This document shows, piece after piece, positions 16,847 to 25,700 of a stretch of DNA of 32,000 bases. Under the pieces are notes generated by a model. That model was not told the DNA's origin and did not search any database. It was given only the letters and a program-made list of their open reading frames with translations. Source of the stretch: Alphaproteobacteria bacterium (GTDB lineage Bacteria > Pseudomonadota > Alphaproteobacteria > Rs-D84); assembly GCA_017475605.1 (NCBI GenBank), contig JAFVFD010000005.1, positions 383,726-415,725 of the forward strand, written 5' to 3'. The translations under genes and the position numbers were made by a program. Positions within the stretch are counted from its first letter, which is position 1; every line of letters starts with the position of its first letter.

Positions 16847-18205
16847 TTGCGAAACAGTCGTGGAAACTTTTTATTACAGGCATTGCTTGCGCTGACACTG
16901 TTGTTCGCATTTATCCCGTTTATTGCGATAAAATTGCTGGGGCGTGAAAACGATGCGCTTATGTATGCCACGACGCGCCAAATAGATAATGCCACAACCG
17001 CGGCGCGAATATATATTCGTGAAAATGTAAATCGTTTGCCGTATGAGCATACTGTAATTTCAGGGGATGCTTTTTCAGATACACTTGAACCTTATGGTTT
17101 GCCATTGGGTTTTGTGCCTAAGACTGCGCTGGGCCAGGATATATCATTGGTAATTGATAAAAGCGCAGAATCTGTGTCCGCGTATCTTGATTTGCGTGGT
17201 GGTGATTTAAGCAGAGTAAAACGCGCGGAACTGGTGCGCCGTATCGGGTACTTTGCGAACGATGCGGGCGATGGGGGTGTACATGTTGGAATTGCGCTGG
17301 ATAATACATATTCCGATGTTGTTCGTCGCAACGAAATAAATGTTGATGCGAATGCGTTTTTAGTTGATTTAGATATGGGTGGTTTTTCATTTACTAATGC
17401 CGACAATGTGTCGCTGCGGCGTGGCGCGTTTGATGGCGCGGAAATAGGCTCGCTTACTATCAATGGTTTGGAATCTGGTCGAAAAATAAAAAACACGATA
17501 TCGGTAATGGTTGCAGATAAAACAATATTTCAAACAAATCGTGGTGAAAGTGCGTTATCCTTGACACGTGGTTCACTTATTGTGGGCAGTTTGAACGGTA
17601 AAACGGTCGCGGCATATGGGGACACTGGTAATATAACAACGAACAACGCATCGGTTTATGATTTTTCTATGACTGCCGGACGCACCGGTTTTAGTGGCCC
17701 GCCGAATTGGAATATTCGTGGTAATGTTGTTACGACTAAAATCAATTTTAGTGTAGAACGTTTGGATATTAATTCGTTCATTAACGCATCGCGTGGCCAG
17801 GATGTTTTTATCAATTCTGATGAATTAGAATACAGCAGCGCAAGTGGCATAGATACTGACATAATCTATGCATCAAATATAACATTACGCGACCAGACAT
17901 CAGACGCATTGTCGCGTGGTGGTTCGGGGGCGGTGGTGTTGGACGTACGGCCCGCCGGAACATCGTTGTTGCCCGATATGTATGTTACAACAATTGATAA
18001 TGGTGTTTTTGAAATCTTGGCACGACCATCGGACAGTGATTCAAATACCGTTGATTGTAAATCAATAATATCGTCATTAAAGGGTGTGTATAATCAGCAT
18101 TCAATGGCACAATATATAATTTGTCAGTATGTTTATTGGCAACGACTGGAAAAAAGAATAAATATAAAACAATGTTTGTTGGCGGGGAAAAGTGGCTGTA
18201 TTTAA
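16847..18205 (+). CDS. Giant pilin-like protein P1 (452 aa; class III signal with Gln at +5)
   Basis: The TTG start follows GGGGGGA. The N-terminus is MRNSRG|NFLLQALLALTLLFAFIPFIA. Other features are the LEPYGLPLGF patch, the junction motif VDLDMGGFSFTNADNV, a beta-helix-like Gly/Asn/Thr/Val-rich C-terminal half, and 4 Cys in the last 55 residues. Confidence 0.8.
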   Translation: MRNSRGNFLLQALLALTLLFAFIPFIAIKLLGRENDALMYATTRQIDNATTAARIYIRENVNRLPYEHTVISGDAFSDTLEPYGLPLGFVPKTALGQDISLVIDKSAESVSAYLDLRGGDLSRVKRAELVRRIGYFANDAGDGGVHVGIALDNTYSDVVRRNEINVDANAFLVDLDMGGFSFTNADNVSLRRGAFDGAEIGSLTINGLESGRKIKNTISVMVADKTIFQTNRGESALSLTRGSLIVGSLNGKTVAAYGDTGNITTNNASVYDFSMTAGRTGFSGPPNWNIRGNVVTTKINFSVERLDINSFINASRGQDVFINSDELEYSSASGIDTDIIYASNITLRDQTSDALSRGGSGAVVLDVRPAGTSLLPDMYVTTIDNGVFEILARPSDSDSNTVDCKSIISSLKGVYNQHSMAQYIICQYVYWQRLEKRINIKQCLLAGKSGCI

Positions 18206-19403
18206 AACAAAAATCTTTGACGGTATAAATCGCGGTGCCAGTGTATTGGAAGTGATATTGTCAATGGCCATTGTTGCCATGGCGGCACCACTGGTGTATA
18301 CGCAAATATCCGAAACCAACAGAAATATTCATGATATGGCAACCGCGCGGAATATAACAGATGTGCGTGGTGTGGTTTTGAACTTTATTCGTCTGAACCA
18401 GGACACGTGGCCGGATACGGCGCAAATTCGTTTGACGGACGAAGAATTGGAAATTATTGCCGATGGTGCGCATGCGGGATTTGTTGATAAATATACGATG
18501 CATGGTACAACAATCACAGATGTATATTTGGCATTTGATATACATGAACCAGTATTACATACCGCAAACATTGCGCATCATATTGGTGATGACGCGGCGG
18601 TTGTTGGACCGGATGGTGTGGCGCAGGGTCGTACATGGGCGGTAAGTGCGCCTGACTTTAATATTGGTGATTTGATATATCGTATATCGCGTGATGTGTT
18701 TGGCGAAGATAAAACTAAATACCTTCATCGTGGAACATCGGGCGATGACGAACTAAATGTTATGTATCGTGATTTTAATATGGGTGGAAAAACGGTATAT
18801 GATGTTGGTGGAATTGATGCAAATACAATGCGCGTGGACGACGTAACCGCAACATTTATTAAAACAGAAGATTTATCTGCGAACACGATATATTTTGCCA
18901 GTGGCGCAAACATGATGGGTGGTAATGTAACAATGGGTTCGTTGCGTGTAACCGGCGATATTACAGGTTTTAGAAATATTTATGCAGATAATTTAAACGG
19001 TGCGGGTTATACAACATCTGGTCGTGTGATTGCGGATCGTGCGGTGGTTACAAATTCGGTAAATGTGGCGCGTGATTTAGTATTGAAATCTGATACCGCG
19101 CGGACGATAAGTGGGTTTACCGGAATCAAGGCAAGTTCGGTTTACACCGCATATTTAACGACAGACGAAATTATGTTTTACGAAGATTTTGGGTTAACGG
19201 TATCTGGTGAACTTATGATGTCGTCAAATCCGCCGATTAAATTTGGCGCATGGAGTTTTCCATCAACCACACCGCCAACATTTACACGATTGACACTGGC
19301 GCGCGCGCCTATTCCGGCCGCACCTAAAAAATCTGAATTCGGTGCAATTTTAACAAGTGGTTGGCAATCATATGTACCAGAATCTGTTGTGGGGGGATTA
19401 TGA
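18192..19403 (+). CDS. Giant pilin-like protein P2 (403 aa)
   Basis: The GTG start follows GGGGA and overlaps P1 by 14 nt. The N-terminus is MAVFKTKIFDGINRG|ASVLEVILSMAIVAMAAP (Glu at +5). The junction motif is YLHRGTSGDDELNVMYRDFNMGGKTVYDVGGI. The C-terminal half looks repetitive and beta-helix-like, and the protein contains no Cys. Confidence 0.8.
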   Translation: MAVFKTKIFDGINRGASVLEVILSMAIVAMAAPLVYTQISETNRNIHDMATARNITDVRGVVLNFIRLNQDTWPDTAQIRLTDEELEIIADGAHAGFVDKYTMHGTTITDVYLAFDIHEPVLHTANIAHHIGDDAAVVGPDGVAQGRTWAVSAPDFNIGDLIYRISRDVFGEDKTKYLHRGTSGDDELNVMYRDFNMGGKTVYDVGGIDANTMRVDDVTATFIKTEDLSANTIYFASGANMMGGNVTMGSLRVTGDITGFRNIYADNLNGAGYTTSGRVIADRAVVTNSVNVARDLVLKSDTARTISGFTGIKASSVYTAYLTTDEIMFYEDFGLTVSGELMMSSNPPIKFGAWSFPSTTPPTFTRLTLARAPIPAAPKKSEFGAILTSGWQSYVPESVVGGL

Positions 19404-20716
19404 TTAACAAAACACGCATCTTTTCAAACAGGTTGTCGCAACGCGGGGGAATGTTGGTTGAATTGCTTATGAGTGTGGCAATCGTATCTGTGGTGTTGCC
19501 GTTCCTTTTTCGGTATCAGCAAGATTCTATTATTCGTGCCGAAAATATTGCTGTTGCGCGGCAAATGCAGGATGTTCAAACCGTACTTGAACGATACATA
19601 GTAATAAATCGTGATCAATTATTGGTTGTTGCGGGTAAATCAATTATTCGTGTTGATGTTAAAGATTTGATTGAATACGGTTTACCAGAAACGATTGTGG
19701 AAAAATATGGCGATAAATACCAGTTGCGAATTTTAAAATCGTCTGATGCCACCGGCCAGGCAACACTTCAGGGTGTTGTTGTATTAAGTGATGATTCTAT
19801 TTCCCCAATGCGCACACGCGAAATAGTTTCAACCGGCGGTGCCGATATGGGCTTTGTCGAAGGTACGCACGCGTACGGAACGTTTGGCGCATGGCATGCG
19901 GATACAATTGAATTGGGGGTAAATGCGACAAATGGCATTGTTGGAACAACGGCGGTAAATCGTGATAATGCGCTGTATTTTTGGCGGTTGCCGTCTGACG
20001 ATTCAGCGGACGCAACGATGTTAAGTGCGCTTAACCTGGGGGGGCACGACATCACAAATGTTTCACGATTTGATGTTTATTCGGCGGGTTTTGATGAAAT
20101 ATTAGAATCGATAAATATTGCGGCAAACCGCGTTGTGTTTTCTAATCGTACAACGATAGACAGTGCGTTTGAAACAAAAACTGCGACATGTTCTGGTACT
20201 TTATCGTCTGATGCCAAGGGGCTAGAGATTACAGGTGCGTTAACCCTGACGGATATGGGCAAGTTTTCTAATTTCAATACATCAAATCTGTGGGCGACTA
20301 ATTTGACATTGTCGGGTATTTCAATTGCCGACACGACCAAGGTTACGGTTTTGGATGTTAACCAAAGTCTTGATATGACCGGTGGTCGTATTACTTCGTT
20401 ATTTACGACGGTAAGTTTTGCGGGGTCCATCACACCGCGTTTGGTTGTTCGTGATAAAATTGCGGATTCGGTGGACAAGAACTTTTATTGGGACCTTAAA
20501 AACCGCGTTGCGAATTTTTCAGATGCTTCGTTGGCGGAACTTAGTCGTATGGCACCATTGGTTGCCGCCCGCGAAGGCGACAATAACACCGTTTCAACCC
20601 AGGTGTTCGGTGCCGTATCCGCCAACAGAAATGCCACCGCCGCAGATTTTATGAATGCTATAAACGAAATTCAAAATCGGGTGCGTGCGAAATATCGCTT
20701 GTTGAATTTGGAATAA
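19400..20716 (+). CDS. Giant pilin-like protein P3 (438 aa)
   Basis: An ATGA overlap joins it to the P2 stop, with GGGGGGA upstream. The N-terminus is MINKTRIFSNRLSQRG|GMLVELLMSVAIVSVVLP (Glu at +5). It has the LIEYGLPETI patch and the junction motif YFWRLPSDDSADATMLSALNLGGHDITNV. The C-terminal half differs from P1 and P2. Confidence 0.8.
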   Translation: MINKTRIFSNRLSQRGGMLVELLMSVAIVSVVLPFLFRYQQDSIIRAENIAVARQMQDVQTVLERYIVINRDQLLVVAGKSIIRVDVKDLIEYGLPETIVEKYGDKYQLRILKSSDATGQATLQGVVVLSDDSISPMRTREIVSTGGADMGFVEGTHAYGTFGAWHADTIELGVNATNGIVGTTAVNRDNALYFWRLPSDDSADATMLSALNLGGHDITNVSRFDVYSAGFDEILESINIAANRVVFSNRTTIDSAFETKTATCSGTLSSDAKGLEITGALTLTDMGKFSNFNTSNLWATNLTLSGISIADTTKVTVLDVNQSLDMTGGRITSLFTTVSFAGSITPRLVVRDKIADSVDKNFYWDLKNRVANFSDASLAELSRMAPLVAAREGDNNTVSTQVFGAVSANRNATAADFMNAINEIQNRVRAKYRLLNLE

Positions 20717-20720
20717 TTTG

Positions 20721-20729
20721 TGGTATATA
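20721..20729 (+). promoter_or_regulatory. Extended -10-like element TGGTATATA, 7 nt upstream of ATG 20737
   Basis: The sequence reads TGGTATATA-tcaaaat-ATG. No SD is present, and the element lies 5 nt after the P3 stop. Confidence 0.3.
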
Positions 20730-20736
20730 TCAAAAT

Positions 20737-21246
20737 ATGAAAATAAAATGTGATTTTTGCAAGACAGAATATTCAATTGAACGTGCGCCATCTGCGCCGG
20801 TGAAATGCGCGGTGTGTGGGCATGTGTGGAATGTGGTTGTGCCGTCGCGTCGTGGGGCATGGATGTTGTTTATCGCATCTGTGTGCGCTTTGTTATCGGC
20901 AATAGTATTTGTAACCGCCGTTGTTGTAAAGTCTAAGATAGAGGCCGCCAACCGTGCACCCATTGTTGCGGAATTGTCGGAAATCAAGGTTGTAACCGAC
21001 GATGACGGCATCCCGCACTTTGCCGTTAGTGGTGCGATTATAAATCAGTCAACGGAAATATACGGTGTGCCTGATTTGGTGGTGGTGTCGCGCGATGCGA
21101 CGGGCCATGAAATTGCCCGGCAAAAGTTTATGCCGTCCGCCACATTAGTAGAAGGGGGCGCATCGGTCGGGTTTAATCATGTGTTAAGTACACCAACAGA
21201 TGGTGTGAAAAAAATAACTGTGGAATTACAAATGGGGGATGAATAA
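20737..21246 (+). CDS. Zinc-ribbon (MJ0042-type) membrane protein with a DUF3426-like C-terminal domain
   Basis: The N-terminus MKIKCDFCKTEYSIERAPSAPVKCAVCGHVW is a CxxC...CxxC ribbon. One TM helix (WMLFIASVCALLSAIVFVTAVVV) is followed by a beta-rich domain (FAVSGAIINQSTEIYGVPDLVVVSRDATGHEIARQKF..). Confidence 0.75.
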   Translation: MKIKCDFCKTEYSIERAPSAPVKCAVCGHVWNVVVPSRRGAWMLFIASVCALLSAIVFVTAVVVKSKIEAANRAPIVAELSEIKVVTDDDGIPHFAVSGAIINQSTEIYGVPDLVVVSRDATGHEIARQKFMPSATLVEGGASVGFNHVLSTPTDGVKKITVELQMGDE

Positions 21247-21716
21247 TGAAAAGATTTCTTGTCGCATTTGGAATGTTGTTATGTGTGTTTTCGGCAAATG
21301 CCGCGGAACCAACACCGCCACCGGCACGCCGGATTAGTGTTTTTTCCACAAGTACAGATTGGCAGGCGATAACGGGTTTATTGCTTAATGAATATCGTGG
21401 AATATTTAAACCAGATGCCAAGGTTGTTGGACCCAAGGGGGTGGTATTATATTACCTGGATGGGTTCCCATGCTATGGTCTGGGGGATGGTGTGCGTGTT
21501 TGGTTGGGGGCAAATAACAAACATTCTGGCGAATTGCGAATTGCGTGTGTATATGCGCCGGAAACGATAAACTTTTCATGGCGAAATGCGGCCCGCGATG
21601 CGGATGATGCAACGGGAACAGGTTTGTTGACATGCCCTGTTTCGGCGGACGGTCGTGATTTGACGATTGATTTGGCAAAATGCACATTTGGTAAAGATTG
21701 GTCTGAATATAAATAG
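21246..21716 (+). CDS. Small secreted protein (156 aa, 4 Cys), unknown function
   Basis: A TAATG overlap joins it to the upstream stop. The signal peptide is MKRFLVAFGMLLCVFSANA|AEP. I recognise no family. Confidence 0.65.
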   Translation: MKRFLVAFGMLLCVFSANAAEPTPPPARRISVFSTSTDWQAITGLLLNEYRGIFKPDAKVVGPKGVVLYYLDGFPCYGLGDGVRVWLGANNKHSGELRIACVYAPETINFSWRNAARDADDATGTGLLTCPVSADGRDLTIDLAKCTFGKDWSEYK

Positions 21717-21728
21717 GGCGGTGTTTCG

Positions 21729-22685
21729 GTGATACGCGAATTTGTTGTTGATGATGTAAATGCGGGTGTGCGTACGGACAAATTTTTAGCGACCGTAATG
21801 GCCGAATATTCGCGCAGTGAAATTCAGCGATTTGTTGTTTTGCGTAACGGCGCACCGGTGCGATTTTCCGATAAAACAAAATTGGGCGATAAAATAACAG
21901 TCGATATTCCAGATATGCCTGAAACAACGGTTGCGGCCGATAATATTTCAACAGATTTTGATTTAGATATTTTATACGAAGACGATGATATTATTGTTAT
22001 AAATAAACCGCGTGGTGTGGTTATGTATCCATCGGCCGGAAACAAGACCGGAACATTGGTTCAAAATATTTTGGCACACACACCGCTGGCATCGGCGGGG
22101 GGTACGACACGACCGGGGGTTGTTCATCGTTTGGACAAGGATACCAGTGGGGTTATGGTTTTTGCGAAATCGAATGCCGCATATAACGGTTTGGTTAAAA
22201 CATTTATGGCGCACGATTTAACGCGCAAATATGTTGCGTTCGTGTGGGGGGTGCCGAATTGGGAAACGGCGACAATAACGGGAAATATTGCGCGGTCGTC
22301 CCGCAATCGCCAGAAAATGAGTATGGTAAAATCTGGGGGCAAGCCGGCAACGACATTGGTCGCGGTAATGGACACATGGAATCGGGTGGGGGTAAGTGCG
22401 TTTCGCTGTACATTGTTAACGGGTCGTACGCACCAGATTCGTGTTCATTTGTCGGCACATGGTTTTCCGGTGTTGTGTGATGCGGTCTATGGTCGTGCGG
22501 CGGCGCGTTTGGCATCGGTAAAAAATGCCGATTTGTTAGATTTCCTTAGGAACCATAACGGTCAAATGTTACATGCCGAGGTTTTAGACTTTATTCACCC
22601 GGTAACAGGTGAAAAAATGCATTTCAAAGCACCTTTGCCATCTGACATGGCAGAATTGAAATATTTGTTGGAAAGTTCTAACTAA
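21729..22685 (+). CDS. rluD: RluA-family 23S rRNA pseudouridine synthase (RluD-like)
   Basis: An S4-like N-terminus (RTDKFLATV..SRSEIQRFV) is followed by ILYEDDDIIVINKPRGVVMYP and the catalytic motif HRLDKDTSGVMVFAKS, then TGRTHQIRVHL. The start codon is GTG. Confidence 0.9.
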   Translation: MIREFVVDDVNAGVRTDKFLATVMAEYSRSEIQRFVVLRNGAPVRFSDKTKLGDKITVDIPDMPETTVAADNISTDFDLDILYEDDDIIVINKPRGVVMYPSAGNKTGTLVQNILAHTPLASAGGTTRPGVVHRLDKDTSGVMVFAKSNAAYNGLVKTFMAHDLTRKYVAFVWGVPNWETATITGNIARSSRNRQKMSMVKSGGKPATTLVAVMDTWNRVGVSAFRCTLLTGRTHQIRVHLSAHGFPVLCDAVYGRAAARLASVKNADLLDFLRNHNGQMLHAEVLDFIHPVTGEKMHFKAPLPSDMAELKYLLESSN

Positions 22686-22711
22686 TCGTTTTGTTTTTAT
22701 TACTTTTTCAT

Positions 22712-22739
22712 TTGTCTAAATCTGAAATTATGGTATAAT
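22712..22739 (+). promoter_or_regulatory. Candidate promoter of the Cys-rich cluster (extended -10)
   Basis: TTGTCT (22712-22717), a 16-nt spacer ending in TG, then TATAAT (22734-22739), giving TGGTATAAT. GGAG (22754-22757) and ATG 22766 follow. Confidence 0.5.
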
Positions 22740-22765
22740 AAAATAACAATAATGGAGTGAGACAA

Positions 22766-25700
22766 ATGCATTTCTTCAAAAAAACAATTGGGTTAATGGC
22801 TGTTTTGTGCGTGATTCCGGGGGCGTTTGCTGCGACTGCGCGTCCATCTGTGATTACGACGGCGGGGTCGCGTATGCCGACAATGGTGGTTAAAACATCG
22901 ACCGCCGCGACATCGTCTGGCACAACAACATCGTCTGCATTGTTGGCGGATGCCGAATGTATTGATGCGTACACCGAATGTATCAAAGGCGCAGATGCTT
23001 GTGGCGAAAATTTTGAAGAATGCACAACGAATGTCTTGTTCCACGGTAAAATGCCAGGTTGTTTAAGCACATTGGCACAATGTTCATCGGCCGGTGTAAA
23101 CAGTTTGTTTGGCACATCAAACATTGCCGCTTTGTCCAATGTTGCGACCAAAAACACTTATGGCGAGGTTACAGAATACACATATCCAACCGCAGGCAGT
23201 GTTTTAGGTCAAATGATAACTGCGGCGGCCATTTCGAACCAGTATGACACATCAACCTGTGTTCGTCGTGTAACATCTTGCCTTAAAAAAGATACCGTTT
23301 GTGGAAATGATTTCGAACTTTGCACCACGAACAAAGAGTTCCGTAAACAGCGCGTGTTGTGTGATTCCACATTGGCGCGTTGCCAGGCCGAAGGCGTGAT
23401 TGAATTGTTGGGTTCGTCAAATCGTACCGCGGTACCAACCGCAACAAGTCGTATTGGCGAAATGATTAGCGAAGGTGCGGCACTGGCGGCTGTAAATGCG
23501 GTTTCCACCTGTTACAAGGTTATTGACCAGTGTTTCTTGGGGGCATGTGCGGAAAATCCGTATAAGTGCTTTGAAAACAGCAGCACATCATTGGCATCTA
23601 TCGTAGATGCGATTAACAGTGGTTCTGAAATCACGACTGATATGATTGATACTGTTATTAATGGTTCATCAATTCATGGCTATATCAAAAATGCTTGTTT
23701 AGACACCGTTGGTTCGAACAAATATTGCTATGCGACATTCCTGGGTAATGGCCAAATGCCAACAAATGCCCAGTTGCGCGACGAAGATAACCAGGAAGAA
23801 ATCTTTGACGAAGCATATGCGTCCCGTATGAATGCCGGTATGAAGGCTAAAATTGCGGACTTGATTGATAAATTTGACACCCGCGCAAAGAGCAAATGTA
23901 CCGAAACAATCAAATCGTGTGCGATGCGTGTTTGTGGTGGTGGCATTGGTTCCGCATGCTATGCCGCGGTATTTGGTGGCGCAGATAAAAGCATCAATGG
24001 TTCCAACACATACGAAGAAATCAAAACAGGTTGTGCGCCAATCGTAAATACTGATACATATTGTAAATATGCGGCGGCGAATCCAAATTCGACCGGTACA
24101 TATTCATATACATATATAAATCGCGATGCGTTTGATGTATTGTTCCCTGAATACAGCGGCGGAACCGAAATTGATTCTATCGGTGTGGTGGCAAGCCTTA
24201 ATTCCGCGTTGGCAACAAATTACAGCGATGCGGCTATTGCCCAGTTAAAGAAACAATGTCAGTCGTTGGCGACAAGTTGTGTTAAAACAATGTGCGGAAC
24301 TGATTATACCAGTTGTTATCGTAACCGTACCGATGTCGCGTCCAGTTTGACTAATTCCGGCAACAGCGCATTTGATGCATCTATGAACAAGGTTGGCGGT
24401 GTGCTTGATTACACAATCGTATTGGGGTTGTGCCTGGATACAGTTAAAAACGCATCTGTTTGTGAAGAACACCTTGCTATCGAAGGTAACAAAATCAAAA
24501 TGGCGGGCGCGGGGACATCATCGTGGGGTGGTGCATCATCTGTCCGCGAAGGCTGGATTGATGCCGGTGCCGCAACAAAAGTAACGGGCGAAGTTCGCCA
24601 GGTTGCACTTACCGATGCATACGGCAACGAATTGTGCAGAACACAAGACGGTGAAGAATGCATATGTAATACAGTAAGCGAAAGTGGCAAGGTTTGCGAT
24701 ATCAAGGAAATGATAGACTATACCACATTCGTTCAGACCCAGGCGGCAAATTCATTGTTCAAAGATTTAATCTATGACATTGAAAAAGAAGCCCAGGCGA
24801 AATACAACGCGAAATTGACCGCTGAACAAAATATGTGCTTGGCGGCGAACGCGGGTGGTATTGTTGGCAATCGTGATAACGGTTCTACATTTATGTGGGT
24901 TAAATTAAAGGGCAATCGTATTCCAAAAGATTATACGACAAATGGCCTTAAACAGACCGCATTTGCGACCAGTAATGAATTGTATGGTTCGTTCTGTCGT
25001 GTACGCGTAACATTACAGTCTGACGATAAAAAGATTCAGGAAGCAATTTCCGGCAAATCGTGGAATACGGCATATTATGCGGTTGGCGATTCGTTCACAT
25101 GCGGTTCTTGGATACCGGAATCTGCTTTGGATGATTTGGCAAATGCTGCGGCGGACGATGCAACATCAAACATGCGTGCCGACCAGGAACGTGTCCGCAC
25201 ATGGACAACGATTTTGGGCGCATTGGGTGGCGGTGCCGGCGGATTGGCATTGGGCGAAAACATCCGTACAGGTAAAACATTGGGTGGTTTGACGGGCCTG
25301 TCGCCAGATGTCCAGAAAAACAAAGCAAAAAGCAGCAAGACCAGTTGTATCAGGGCGGCGAATGAAGTCGCATACCCAACTGCAACAGCGCAGAATGTGT
25401 ATGACTATTCTGGAACTGTGGCAAGTGATGCACGTGATTTGAAGGCCGCTTTGGACAGTGAATTGACATTGTTGAACGGTCAACGTACGGTGTTGTTAAC
25501 TGCTATTAACACAACGTGCGCAGATGGCGATAAAACTTGCCTTAGCAATAAAGAGAACGCGATTGCAAAAGCGAAGTCCGATGTACAAACAACCGTTGCA
25601 AGTATTAAAGCGGGTTGCGATAAAGCAACTGAAGACGATGTTGTAGCAAGCAAGGACAAGACACGCGGTTGGATTTCGGCGTTAAGCACGATTACATTGG

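Noticed and set aside
16847-20716. A true shufflon (sfx-type 19-bp inverted repeats with an rci recombinase) within the pilin-like genes
   Set aside because: All three genes are complete and co-directional. I found no inverted repeats resembling GTGCCAATCCGGT-type sfx sites and no recombinase gene in the window. Only a short direct 17-mer is shared, and it is reported separately.
22708-23157. 149-aa minus-strand ORF overlapping the start of the 1038-aa gene and its promoter
   Set aside because: It is antisense to a gene with a clear promoter, RBS and signal peptide. It has no start context of its own.
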